Part shown: piece after piece, positions 1-12,656 of the stretch
Position numbering within the stretch: the stretch's first letter is position 1
Layout of the letters: each line of letters begins with the position of its first letter
NCBI RefSeq assembly: GCF_030028105.1
Contig: NC_092374.1
Coordinates: forward strand, 61,817,377 to 61,881,376
DNA length: 64,000 nt
Direction of reading: 5' to 3'
DNA from: Mobula birostris
Taxonomy: Eukaryota
The notes under the pieces: model-generated
Seen by the model: the letters and a program-made list of their open reading frames with translations, nothing else
Told to the model about the DNA's origin: nothing
The model's database searches: none
Made by a program: the position numbers and the translations under genes

Positions 1-411
1 GCAATCAACCTAGATCCTCAAAAAGAAATTAAATTTTATATTTAAAAAAATGTGCCAAAGAGAGACGTACTAGAAAGGACAAAGCCTCAGGCAACAAAAG
101 AGTTTAGGAAGAAGAAATAAGTAGACGGACGAAGCAGATTAGGGAAGGAATTCCACAGTTCAGACTCAGGCAGCTGGAACAATAGAACTGAGAGAGATGC
201 AAAAAAAATCAGATCCAGTTCTGAGGCCCGTTAACAGAAGAAATTGAAAAATGTGAAAAAATTGTATCTTTACATACTCCTGTGATTTTTGTACCTGTGT
301 CGCATATGGCAAGGTCCTAAATATGAAGCAGTAATTTCCTAGACAATATTAGAAGGCAAGCTTGACTATTGCCCATCAACTTCCCCACGTCCTTTAAGCA
401 TTTAGGAGTAC

Positions 412-590
412 CTTGCTAATTTCTTCATGTTCTCTGGGTAGTAGACACGGCATGAATCGAAGAACATCATTTGGTTTTATGTTAGAAACAATTGTTTGAG
501 AAACACGATTCAGAAGCTCTTTATAATCCCGCAACCTTTCAATTTCACAAAAATCAGCTTTCTCAATGGCATCCTTCAGACCAGTGTAAC
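412..590 (-). CDS. RIGI: RIG-I (DDX58) coding exon 3, CARD1 end and CARD2 start; gene continues beyond the left edge of the window
   Basis: Acceptor ctgttttcAG, donor GTACT; (G)YTGLKDAIEKADFCEIERLRDYKELLNRVSQTIVSNIKPNDVLRFMPCLLPREHEEISK matches human [32 protein letters not shown]...; frame continuous with exon 2. Confidence 0.93.
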
Positions 591-1479
591 CTGAAAACAG
601 AACATATATAGAATGGTGAGCTACTCACTTCATGGCCATTTGGGTATATTACCAGAACTTCAGCAAGTCCTCTCAGTCATCACGGTCTCACGGTCATCTC
701 CAGGACATTATTAGGCATATAAAAAATGGTACAAGGTTTGTTATTTATCCTGTTCCGCAAATGAGATAATAATTACTTGATTCTCTGGGAATCATCACAG
801 TGCAGTACCCAATCATCCAATTAACTCCGGGACAATCCACACAAGTCAAACTGTCCTGAGCAGACCACTCAGTTCCTCATTCAAGATGACAATAAAATCC
901 ATCATCCTCATTCCATCATCCTAAATCATTCCTATATTCTTTGATCCCAAAGCCTAAAATCTGATTTTGGCTTTATGCAGGAAGAGTGAGGTATCCCAGA
1001 ATGGAACATAGTAATGATGGTTTCTGAGAAAAATCTCACCACTTCGGTACTTTCAAGGCATTAGAATTCATCAGTCTCAGCTTTCAACACATTTCAGTAG
1101 TGAAGCATTTCTCTGGAATCAAGAATTTTATGGACTCACAGTTACAGAAATCATTCTTCTCCTGGTCATAAACGTTCTCTATCATAGATTCCCTATTTCC
1201 CAAAGGAAGCTGCGTTTAACAAAACTGTTCAAGAGAATGGATTCCCATTTACTTATGAATTCTCATTCACATTCTCAACCACTTCTCCCAAACGTGATCA
1301 TATCCTTTCTTGCTCTCCTCAATGACACATGGAGTACGCAGTACACTATGTCCATTTCTGACCTTGTCCACTAATAGTTACAGTATTGGTCAAATCACTA
1401 GTACAGAATGTATCTCTTAAATGGGCACTTTGGTAAATGATTTGTCTTCAATATTGAACATCATAATACAGCTTGCCTT

Positions 1480-1770
1480 TCTACAGCATTTTCCATGTCC
1501 TCAGGATGCCCTAAAGAACTTCCCAATCAACAAGGTGCTGTCAAAGTGTAACCACGGACAATTTGTATGCCACTAGCTCCCACGAGTGGTAAAGTGATGA
1601 TCACTGCATTGTTGCTTTTGTAACGACGAATAAATATTAGCCCTGATGTTGGGGCAAACTCCCTGCTCTTCTTTGAAAGACTACTTTGAAGTATTTTATG
1701 CCTTTCTAGAAGACCAGCTGTAACCTTCATTTCCAGATGAAAGATGGCACCTCTGACCGAAAAGATACTG
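1480..1770 (-). mobile_element. Old DeuSINE-like remnant in RIG-I intron 2
   Basis: Recognisable Deu-domain-like blocks (aactccctgctcttctttgaa; gaaagatggcacctctgac) in reverse orientation. Confidence 0.45.
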
Positions 1771-1859
1771 CTTTGTTCAACAAGTCTGTTAAAATTTTCA
1801 TTTGATTATAATAACAATAAGCATATAAATGTGATTTTAGGCAATAACACCTCACTTAC

Positions 1860-1991
1860 CCACAGCTCTCAGTTCATCTAAAAATGCTTGATACCATCCT
1901 AATTCTTCTAGCTGAATCAAGTGTTTGAAAAAGCGTTTTGCAGACGATGTGGAAGACCTTTCTTCCAGGGATAAGATCTCTTCAATCTCAA
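1860..1991 (-). CDS. RIGI: RIG-I (DDX58) coding exon 2, CARD1
   Basis: Acceptor ctctccccAG, donor GTAAGT; 132 nt, phase 1-1; (V)EIEEILSLEERSSTSSAKRFFKHLIQLEELGWYQAFLDELRAV(G) matches human ...[26 protein letters not shown]. Confidence 0.93.
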
Positions 1992-2029
1992 CTGGGGAGA
2001 GAAACGTTGTCAGTCTTTGTAAAACTGAC

Positions 2030-3085
2030 TAAGTTCAAAGTAAATTTATTACCAAGGTCAACATAGTCATTTTCATTTTTTCCCGAGATTCATTTTCTTG
2101 TGGGCATACACAATAAGTTCTGGAAACACAATAGATTCAATGGAAGACCACACCCAACAGAACAAACAACTACTGTGCAAAGGACTACTTGCAAATACAA
2201 AAGAGTAAGTAAGTAAATAAATAAATAAATAAGAAAGCATTAAATATCAAGAATGTGAGCTGTAGAGTCCTTGAAAGTGAGTCCACAGGTTGTGAAAACA
2301 GTTCAGCAATGTTGGGGCAAGTGAAGTTATCCCCACTGGCACAAGAGCCTGATGGTCAAGGGGTAATAGCTCTTTCTAAACCTGGTGGTGTGGGTCCTGA
2401 GGCTCCTGTACCTTCTTCCTGGACGCTGCAGACAGAAACCTTAAAATAACTTACAAAACGATAGACACTAATATAGTACCTCGGATAGGACATGTCTTGA
2501 CTCTGCTCTGCCATGGTGTAAAATTAACCGTCAGTGAGGTGGCAAGAGTGGAACATTAGAATCGTTCTGCATAGGTGAATGAAGGTAGGCTGAGCCTCCT
2601 CTCATCCTTAAGCATCTTGCAAACTTGTACACAATTTAACTTTATTGAGAGAAACGCATATTTAACACAAACCAGTGTGCTGAAGACAACAAATTGTGCA
2701 AATACAAAAAGGAGGAAACAATAATAAACAAATAAGCAATAAATATCGAGAACATGAGATAAAGTGAGTCTATAGGTTGTAGGCGCAGTTCAGTGATGGG
2801 GCAAGTGAAGTTGATTGAAGGTATCCCCTTTGGTTCAAGAGCAAAATGGCTGAAGGGTAATAACTGTTTCTGAACCCTGTGGCATGAGACCTGAGGCTCC
2901 TGTACCTTCCCGCTGATAACCGCAGTGAGAAGCGAGCATGACCTGTGAGGTGGGGGTCCCTGAAGATGGATGCTGCTTTCCTATGACGATGCTCTTTGTA
3001 AGTGTGCTCAATGATGGGGAGGGCTTTACCCGTGATGGACTGGGCCATATCCAGTCTTTTTTGTAACTGGGCCTGTTTCCATGGA
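2030..3085 (-). mobile_element. Two decayed Rex1/Babar LINE 3' ends (~2030-2430 and ~2640-3085)
   Basis: ORF remnant ...KAASIFRDPH..GHARFSL..SAGRYRSLRSHATGFRNSYYPSAI typical of the Rex1 ORF C-terminus; shared 3'UTR. Confidence 0.7.
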
Positions 3086-3164
3086 AAGGTTAAAGTGAAT
3101 GCCACTTAGTGTAGATGGGACCCATCCCAAGCTACTGAGGGAGGTGGAAATGGTGGAAGCACCT

Positions 3165-4380
3165 AAGTGCTACTCCTGGTCATATACCTCCTCCCTCACT
3201 TCCATTCAGGGCCCCAAACAGTCCTCCCAGGTGAGGCAACACTTCACCTGCAAATCTGCTGAGGTCATCTATTGGCAAATAAGAGAGAATCTGCAGATGC
3301 TGGAAATCCAAGCAATACACACAAAATGCTGGAGGAACTCAGCAAATCAGGCAGCATCGATGGAAAAAGAGTAAACAGTCGATAGTTTTCCATAGATGCT
3401 GCCTGGCCTGCAGGGGTCACCTATTGTGTTTGATGCTCCCAATGCGGCCTTCTCCACATTGGTGAGACCCGTCATAAATTGGGGGACTGTTTCATCGAGC
3501 ACCTCACACCATCTGCCACAGGCAGGACTTCCCAGCAGTCAAATATTTTAATTCCGGTTCCTATTCCCCTTCCAATGTGTCGATCCATGGCCTCCTCGTG
3601 TCAAGATGAGGCCACCCTCAGGGCAAAGGCGCCACCCCTTATATTCTGTCTCAGTACCTTCCAACCTGATGGCATGAATATCGATTTCTCCACCTGGTGA
3701 GCAATCCACCCCCCATACCCCCACCTTCTCCTACACCCATCTCTGACCTCTCACTTCTTCTACACCCATCTCTGACCTTTCACTTCTCCTATATCCATCT
3801 CTGACCTTTCACTTCTCCTATATCCATCTCTGACCTTTCACTTCTTCTACACCCACCTCTAACCTTTCACTTCTCCTATACCCATCTCTGATCTTTCACT
3901 TCTCCTATACCCATCTCTGACCTTTCACTTCTTCTACACCCATCTCTGACCTTTCACTTCTATACCCATCTCTGACCTTTCACTTCTCCTATACTCATCT
4001 CTGACCTTTCACTTCTCCTACACCCATCTCTGACCTTTCACTTCTATACCCATCTCTGACCTTTCACTTCTCCTATACGCATCTCTGACCTTTCACTTCT
4101 CATCTGCCTATTACTTCCCTCTGGGTCCCTTTCTCCTATTGTCCACTCTCCTCTCCCATCAGATTCTTTCTTCTCCAGCCCTTGTCCTTTCCCACCAACC
4201 TGGCTTCACCTATGACCTTCCAGCTAGCTTTCCCTCCCCCCCCCACCTTTTAATTCAGGCATCTACCCCCTTCCTTCCCAGTCCCAAAGAAGGACATCAG
4301 CTTGAAACATCGACTGTTTACTCTTTTCCATAGATGCTTCCTGACTTGCTGAGTTCCTCCAGCATTTTGTGTGTTGCTTC
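3165..4380 (+). mobile_element. Penelope-like element 3' part (GIY-YIG remnant plus pseudo-LTR)
   Basis: QGPKQSSQVRQHFTCKSAEVIY...C..C.L.HIGET...LGDCFIEHL endonuclease remnant; ends with a degenerate hammerhead-type motif and ...gagttcctccagcattttgtgtgttgc. Confidence 0.75.
3725..4103. repeat. Pyrimidine-rich minisatellite, 29/26-bp unit, ~13 copies
   Basis: Tandem ACTTCTCCTATACCCATCTCTGACCTTTC variants with no unique spacers. Confidence 0.95.
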
Positions 4381-4523
4381 AGGGCCTATCGATGTCAGGA
4401 AATGTAGCAGCAAGTTCATGGACCCTATAGAGATTTACAGAGGAGGAGATGTTTGCTGTTTTGAGGAAAATTAGGGTGGATAAGTTGCCAGAGCCTGACA
4501 AGGTGTTTCCTCGGACCCCGTAG

Positions 4524-5165
4524 CAGACATCCCACCCTGCAAAAACTCATTTCAGGGAGGTAGCACCCCCCACCCCCCACAACCCCATATACCCCCCCCC
4601 CCCGGGTCGATCTCCAGGGACGTATATAATACTTTGTTTAGTGATTTTTGTCTAATCTGCAAACCAAGTTGGGTATATGCAGAAAATGTGACATTAAAAT
4701 ATGTACTTATGTTATATTATCATGTTTATTCTATTACAACTTTAAGCAAGTCTACAGGGAGTTTGGCCTCATCACATAGGACATCAATAGAGTAGCTCCT
4801 TAGCAGCTAGCCAGCTAGTTTAAATAACGTTAGCTATGCTAATAAACGAATGACACCTGTTAAACTCACCTCAACATGTATTTTACTTTTTAACCCATCA
4901 ATGGGCAATAGAAAAGTCACTGTTGCAAACAGTGCAGCGAGCAACACTGTCATTATTTTTGAGGTCGACTGTAAAGCCCGCCCACAGAGAAAACTGATAG
5001 GTCTACTTAGCACGAAGAGAGACCAATCAGGATGCTCGCGCTTGCTCTCGCTCTCCCTCTCAAAAAAATAGATTTCCGGGATATTGTATATAATTTCCGG
5101 GCGTCAGGGAGCCACTATTAATGTGCAGGAGACTCCCAGAACTTCCAGGAGAGGTGAGATGTCTG
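4524..5165 (-). mobile_element. Non-autonomous hAT-like DNA transposon (MITE)
   Basis: TIRs CAGACATCCCACC / GGTGAGATGTCTG (12/13 match); internal segments are the reverse complement of 10418-10635 and ~12560-12656. Confidence 0.8.
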
Positions 5166-6282
5166 CTGTGGGAAGCTAGTGTAGAAATTGTAGGGGCCCT
5201 AGCAGAGCTATTTAAAAGATCCTTAGCCATGGGGGAGGTGCTGGAAGATTGGAAGATAGTCAATGTTGTTCTGTTGCTTAAGAAAGGCTCTAACAGTAAG
5301 CCAGGAAATTATAGCTAGTGAGCCTGACATCCGTAGTGGGAAAATGATTAGAAAGTATTCAAAGAGACGGGATATATGAGTATTTGGGTAGACAGGGACT
5401 GACTAGGGATGGCTTTGTGTGTGGTGTCTAACCAAATTTAGAGAGTTTTTTTAAAGTTATCAGGAAAATTGATGAAGTCAAGGCAGTGGATATTGTCATC
5501 ATGGACTTTAGCAAGGCCTTTGACAAGGTCCCGCATGGGAGGTTAGTCAAGAAGGTTTAGACGCTTGGCATTCAAGATTAGGTAGTAAATTGGATTAGGC
5601 ATTGGCTCCATGGAAGAAGCCAGTGAGTGGTTATACATGGTTGCCTCCCTGACTGGAGGCCTGTGACTAGTGGTGTTCTATAGGAATTGGTGCTGGGTCC
5701 TTTGTGTTTGTCATGTATATCAACAATCTGGATGATAATGCGGTTAACAGGACAGCAAATTTATGGATGAACCAACACTGGGGTATAGTGGATAGCGAGA
5801 AAGCTTGCAGTGGAATCCAGACCAGTGAGAAAAATGGGCTGAAAAATGGCAGATGGGAACTTAATGTAGGCAAATATGAGGTGTCAAACTTTGGGAGGAT
5901 CAACAGGAGTTGAACGGTAAGGAATTGAGGAGTGTGGTAGAATAGAGGGATCTGGGACTACAGATTCATAATTCCTCGAAATTAGCGTCACAGGTAGATA
6001 AGATCATAAAGAAAGCTTTTTGCACATTGGCCTTCATAAATCAATGCGTTGAATATAGGAGCTGTCATGGTATGTTGAAATTTTATAAGACAATGGTGAG
6101 GCATACTTTTTTGTGTCCAGTTTTGGTCACCTACCGACAGGAAAGATGTCAATAAGATTGAAAGAGTGCAGAGGAAATTTGCAAGGATGTTACCAGGACT
6201 TGAGGACTTGAGTTATAGGGAAAGGTTGAATAGGTTAGGACTAGAATGTAGAAGATTAAGCAGAGATTGATAAGAGATAAAA

Positions 6283-8625
6283 CACCTCTTGAGCAGTTTA
6301 CAGCAGTTTGTCATAAAGCCTATGAGGGGATCAGCTATATTCAATTGTGTGTTATGTAATGAACCGGGGGTGATTAGGGAGCATAAGGTAAAGGAAACCT
6401 TAGGAGACAGTGATCACAATTTGACTGAGTTCAGCTTGAAATTTGATAGACAGAAAGTAAAGTCTGACATAGATTTACTTCAGTGGAATAAAGGAAATTA
6501 CAGTGGTATGAGAGAGGAGTTGGCCAAAGTAAATTTGAAGGAGATGCTGGCAGGGATGAGAGCACAACAACAATGGCTTGAGTTTCTAGGAAAAAATGAG
6601 GAAGGTGCAGGATAGATGTATTCCAAAAACAAAGAAATATTCAAATAGCAATATTTTCAATTGTGGCTGACAAGGAAACACAAAGCTAATGTAAAAGCAA
6701 AATAGTGGGCATACAACAAAGCTAAAGTTAGTGGGAAGGTAGAGGATTGAAAAGCTTTTAAAACCCTACAGAGTGCAACTAAAAGAATCATTAGGAGGGA
6801 AAAGATAAAATATTTAAGCAAGCTAGCAAACAATATCAAGGTAGAAAACGTTTTTGCAAGTATGTAACAAATAAAAGAGAAGTGAGAGTGGATATAGGAC
6901 AGCTAGAAAACGAGGTTGGAGAAGTAATAACAGGGGACAAGGACACGGCAGATGAACTAAATGAGTATTTTGCATCAGTCGTCACTGTGGAAGACACTAG
7001 CAGTGTGCCAGGTGTTGAAGGTGAGGGAAGAGAAGTGAGTGCAGTTACTATTACAAGGAAGGTGGTGCTTAAAAAGCTGAAAGGCCTAAGGGTACGTAAG
7101 TCACCCAGACCAGATGAACTGCACCCTAGGGTTCTGAAAGAGGTAGCAGTAGAGATTGTGGGGGCATTAGTAATGATCTTTCAAACATCATTGGATTCTG
7201 GCATAGTTCCAGAGGACTGGAAAATTGCAAATTTCTCTACTCTTTAAGAAAGGAGGGAGGCAGCAGAAAGGAAATTATAGACCAGTTAGCCTGACCTTAG
7301 TGGTTGGGAAGGTATGAAGTCAATTGTTGAGGATGAGGTTATGGAGTACTCGGTGACACAGGACAAGATAGGACAAAGTCAGCATGGTTTTCTTAAGGGA
7401 AAATCTTGCCTGATAAACCTGCTGGAATTCTTTGAGGAGATTACAAGGAGGATAGATAAAGGGGATGCGGTGGATGTTGTATATTTAGACTTTCAGAAAG
7501 TCTTTGACAGGGTGCCACACAAGAGGCTGCTTACTAAGTTTAGAGCCCATGATATTGCAGGAAAGTTACTGGCGTGGTTAGAACATTGGCTGATCGGTAG
7601 AAGGCAGTTGAATGGGACTAAGAGGATTCTTTTCTGGTTGGCTACCGGTGACTAGTGGTGTTTCGCAGGGGTTGGTGTTGGAACCACTTCTTTTTATGCT
7701 GTACATCAATGATTTAGGTGATGGAATAGATAACTTTTTTGCCAGATTTGGAGATGATACATAGATTGGCTGAGGAAACTAGAAGGCTGCAGAAGGACTT
7801 AGACAGATTAGGCGAATGGGCAGAAACGTGGCAAATGAAATACAATGTTGGAAAATGCATGGTCATGCACTCTCATAGTAGAGATAAATGTGCAAAAATC
7901 TGAGATGTAAAGGAACTTGGGAATCCTTGTGCAGAACCCCCTAAAGGTTAACTTGCAGGTTGAGTCGGTGATGAGGGAGGCAAATGCAATGTTATCATTC
8001 ATTTCAAGAAGTCTGGAATATAAAAGCAAGGATGAGATGCTGAGGCTTTATAAAGTACTGGTGAGGCTTCACCTTGAGTATTGTTAATTGTTTTGGGCTC
8101 CTTATGTAAGAAAAGATATGCTGGCATTGGAGCAGGTTCAGAGGCAGTTCATAAGAATGATTTCAGGGATGAAAGAGTTATCATATGAGAAACTTTTGAT
8201 GGCTCTGGGCCTGTGCTCACTGGAATTTAGAATGATGAGGGGGGATCTCATTGAAACCTTTTGGATGTTGAAAGGTTCTGACGGAGTAGATGTGGAAAGG
8301 ATGTTTCCCACGGTGGGGGAGTCTAGGACAAGAGGTCACAGCCTCAGGATAGAGGGGCACCATTTAAACAGAGATGCGGAGAAATTTTTTTACCCAGAGG
8401 GTGGTGAACTTGTGGAATTTGTTACCACTGACATCTGTGGAGGCCAGGTCATTGGGTGTATTTAAGACAGAGCTTAATAGGTTCCTGGTTGGCCACAGCA
8501 TCAAAGGTTACGGGGAGAAGGCCGAGGAGTAGGGCTGAGGAAGGGAAAAAAAGGATCTGCCATGAGTGAATAGCAGAGCAGACTTGATTGGCCATATAGC
8601 CTAATTCTGCTCCTGTCTTATGGTC
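6283..8625 (+). mobile_element. Inner CR1 LINE, ORF2 (end of endonuclease plus RT), frameshifted
   Basis: LGDSDHN, PDELHPRVLKE, QHGFLKGKSCLINLLEFFEE, VDVVYLDFQKVFDRVPH; cttatggtc tail; candidate TSD TAAAA 6278-6282 / 8626-8630. Confidence 0.9.
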
Positions 8626-9519
8626 TAAAATTATGAGGGGTATACATAGGGCCTTTTGCAAGCAGGCCTTTTCCACTGAAGTTGGGTGAGACTACAACTG
8701 GAGGTCATGGGTTAAGGGTGAAAGGCGAAATGTTTAAGGAGAACATGAGGGGGAATTTCTTCACTCAGAGGGTGTTGAGAGTGTGGAATGAGCTGCCGGC
8801 ACAAGTGGTGGATGCGGGCCGGGTCGATTTCAACATTTCAGAGAAATTTGGACAGGTACATGGATGAGAAGGGTATGGAGGACTAGTGCAGGTCGATGGG
8901 ACTAGGCAGCGTAATGGTTTGGCATACAGACCAGGTAGGACAAAGTTCTTATTTCTGTTCTGTAGTGCTCTGGCCTTAATCTTCCAATCCTGCTGAATCA
9001 GCGGTGGATTGGGAAGGGTTTGAAAAAGTGTTAACAACATGCCTCGTAAGGCCATGCTGGTCAATTTACTTCAAGGGGAAACTTCCAAAATGCAAAATTA
9101 AAAGCAAATTAATAGGCATTTGAGTTAATAATCAGTGAGGGTATACAAAGCCAACCTTTTTCTGACTAACTTGATTGAACATTATGATGAGGAAAGCAGA
9201 ATGCTAATTGAGGAAGTGTTGTAGATATTTTTCATAGTGGGTTTCAGAAAGTGAAAGGAAGTTGAATCCAATGACAAAGTAGAGCATCGCGGTAGACAAT
9301 TATTTTCAGAATGAATGATGGTATATTCCCTGGGTAGGTGCTGAGAGTAGGGCTTTAGATATTTACTGATGACCTAGAGATAAGTGTAGGGGAAAATTTC
9401 AGTATTTGTTGACAATTGAAAACTTGGAGCTATGGTAAGCAATGAAATACAAGAGAATTTCAAAAGGCTGGCAAAATGGGCAGAACTCTGGCTATGAGCA
9501 GAATCTCATAGAATGAATG

Positions 9520-10240
9520 AAGAGCATTTCCCATATCTTGAGAGCTTGATCTCAATGAAGCCAGATATTAATGAACTTCATCACTCTGTTCAATCCGCCT
9601 TTTGGTCAATTAAGGAAAAGGGTTCTGGAAGGTAAAACCTCAAATCTGGCACAAATTTGACGAGTCTATTGGACAGCAATAAGCCCTTGGTCTCCTAAGT
9701 GCTTCTGCTACAAGACTAACTATAATAGGCATTTCAATGCTCTGGAAATTTAGGGACAAGTGAAGCAACATCAGAGGCCTCTTCCAGACAAACACTGAGT
9801 ATTGAAGTTCTGGTTGGCACAATCAGATGAATTGGACAGACCACATCACTGTTGTGCCCAATCCTAGACTGAAACAGACACCCTATTCCAAGCTTTTTAG
9901 TGGGTGGAGGTTACCAGGCAGATAGAGAAAAAGATACAAGGATGTGTTCAAATCACTTTGAAGTATTCCCACTGACTCCTGGCAAACTCTGACCCATGAC
10001 TGTTCAAACTGGAGGAATATTCAGGATGTCATTGTTACTTCTAGGCTATGCACTGGGAGCAGAGAAGCTGACATAAGCAAGACATGGACTATATTAAAAG
10101 TACTCTCCAGCTACCAGCTGCCCCATCTATGGAAGAGCTGGCCTCAGTAATCATTTCAGAACCCATAAATATGGAAGTCATCTTCAATCCCAAGGCCTTG
10201 CCAAGAAACACGAGGAACTTGAATGCATATTTTCAATCGT
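9520..10240 (+). mobile_element. Highly decayed RTE-like LINE 3' remnant
   Basis: Degenerate FPYL.S...SAFGQLRKRVL-type RT C-terminal signature; no intact ORF. Confidence 0.4.
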
Positions 10241-10409
10241 GGACAGGAATAGATGAATGTGGGAGAGGAATACTAAAGAGATATGGGATTCTAGATTTAA
10301 GAAACACATTAGTTATAATGAAGCTGAACACTAAGCCAAAATTGAGTACTGCATTTCTGGTCACTATCTTAGAATTCCTGAAGGTACACTAATGTGTACC
10401 CCTGCCTAA

Positions 10410-12656
10410 TAGGGGTCAAAAATAATGACAGTGTTGCTCACTGCACTGTAACAGTGACTTTTCTATTGCCCATGGTGGATTAAGACTGTAAAAGACATGT
10501 TGAGGTGAGTTTAACAGGTGTCATTCGTTCATTAGCATAACTAACGTTATTTAAACCAGCTGGCTAGCTGCTAAGGAGCTACTCTATTGATGTCCTACGT
10601 GATGAGGCCAAGCTCCCTGTAGACTTGCTTAAAGTTTGGCAGAGAGATTTCCAAATATGATCAAGGCCAATGCAAGAGAACAGCTCCACTTGGAAGTTCT
10701 GGATTATGTCTCAACTAACCTTGAAAGACTGGTGCCAAACTACAAAAGTTTACCAGTTGATGAGTTCTGGGGGAAGCTGTCCAAAGTAAAATCTGTGAGC
10801 ACAGGGCAGTTCAGATTCAAACAGCTCTGCCAGTTGATGAAGCTGCTTTTGGTGCTGCCAAATTCTAATTGTGATGTAGATTAGATTAGATTAGATTCAA
10901 CTTTATTATCATTGTGCCGAGTACAGATATAAAGCCAATGAAATGCATTTAGCATCTGACCAGAAATGCAAAGAATAGTGTTATTTACAAAATAACTGTG
11001 AATAAAAAGTAAGTGCTACAGCACACAAATATAAAAGTACTGAGACAGTACAATATGGGTGCAATACTGCTTAGCGCTGTGATGAGAGGTTCAGCAGGGT
11101 CACAGCCTCAGGGAAGAAGCTCTTCCTGTGCCTGCTGGTGCGGGAGCGGAGGCTCCTGTAGCACCTACCGGATGGGAAGAGAGTAAAAAGTCCATGGTTA
11201 GGGTGAGATGCATCCTTGATAATGCTTTTCACCCTGCCCAGGCAGCGTTTATGGTAGATGTTCTCAATGGTGGGCAATTGGGTGCCGATAATCCGCTGGG
11301 CAGTTTTCACCACACGCTGGAGTGCTTTGCGGTCTGATATGGGACAATTGCCATACCACACTGAGATGCAGTTGGTGAGTATGCTCTCAATGGTACAGTG
11401 GTAAAAGTCTGTCAGTATCCTGGGACAGAGGTGAGTTTTCTTGATGCTCTGCGGGAAATAAAGGTGCTGTTGCGCCTTTTTGATCAGGATGGAAGAGTTC
11501 AGGAACCAGATGAGATCCTCGGAAATGTGGACACCAAGGAATTTGAAGCTTGATACACACTCTACTACAGCTCCGTTGATGTAGGTGGGTATACGAGTGT
11601 GGCTCCTAGCATGCCTGAAGTCCACAATGATCTCCTTGGTCTTCTGGGTGTTAAGGCCAGATTGTTGTCGGCACAACACGCGGCCAGGTGCTGGACCTCA
11701 TCCCTGTAGGCCATCTCGTCATCCCCTCTGATCAGGCCAACCACCGTGGTGTTGTCTGCAGACCTGATTATGGAGTTAGAACCATGTACAGGAACGCAGT
11801 CATAGGTGAAAAGGGAGTACAGAAGAGGGCTCAGCACACAGTCTTGAGGCACGCCTGTGTTCAGGGTGAGAGTGGAGGAGGAGAGGTTGTCTAACTTAAT
11901 TGATTGGGGTCTGTTAGTCAGAAAGTCCAAGGTCCAATTGCAGAGGGATGAGCTAATGCCAAGCTGGCGAAGTTTGGCAATCAGCTTGGAGGGGATCACA
12001 GTATTGAATGCCAAACTAAAGTCAATGAACAGCATTCTGACATAAGAGTTGGGGCTGTCCGGGGGGGTCAGGGCAGAGTGAAGTGCCGAGGAGATGGCAT
12101 CCTCTGTTGACCTGTTGGTGTGGTAGGCAAATTGATAGGGGTCCAGGGTAGTGGGCAGACAGGATTTCAGATGTGATAGAACCAGTGTAGAAAGGGCATT
12201 CAGCATGGTGCGTCATATTAAGACAGAATTCAGAAGTCAGCTGCCTCACAAAACACTTGTGAATCAGATGTCTTGCAAAATTAACAAATTCATTGACAGA
12301 GACTGCTATGAGGTTGAGACTTCTGACAAAATGCTCAAATCTGCCAAGCAAGCCAAATCACAGAACAAGGAAAGTTTGCTAAAGAAATAGAAAAGCTATT
12401 TGCATTAGCATTTAGCTATTAGCATTGAGACGGCCAATAAAATACTCAACAAGGGAAAAAATATATAATTGTGTGTGTGTGTGTAAGTAGTTTCAGTATG
12501 TGATCAAATAAATTGTTGTGATCTTTCATAATCAGATGTCCTGTATACATACTCCCTTGGAGGTCAACCGAGGGTGGGGGGGGGTGGAATATGGGGTTGC
12601 GGGGGCGGGGGTGGTGCTAACTCCCTGAAATTAGTTTTTGCAGGGTGAAATGTCTG
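10410..12656 (+). mobile_element. Internally deleted hAT transposon retaining the C-terminal dimerisation-domain coding region, split by a Rex1 LINE
   Basis: 10636-10880 and 12192-12390 rejoin in frame as ...VDEFWGKL...[39 protein letters not shown]...; right TIR GGTGAAATGTCTG at 12644-12656. Confidence 0.85.
10881..12185 (-). mobile_element. 5'-truncated Rex1/Babar LINE
   Basis: [55 protein letters not shown]; (TCTAA)n tail; TSD TGTAGA 10875-10880 / 12186-12191. Confidence 0.92.

Larger units (their letters stand above)
4385..8970 (+). mobile_element. Outer CR1 LINE (RT region to tail), interrupted by a hAT MITE at 4524-5165 and a second CR1 at 6283-8625
   Basis: EDWKIVNVVLLLKKG..SKPGNY and MDFSKAFDKVPH remnants; sequence resumes as taaaattatgagggg at 8626 and ends in a ttctgttctgt tail. 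Confidence 0.85.

Noticed and set aside
3725-4103. Regular ~29-bp repeats superficially like a CRISPR array
   Set aside because: No unique spacers, no cas genes, vertebrate intron; it is a tandem minisatellite
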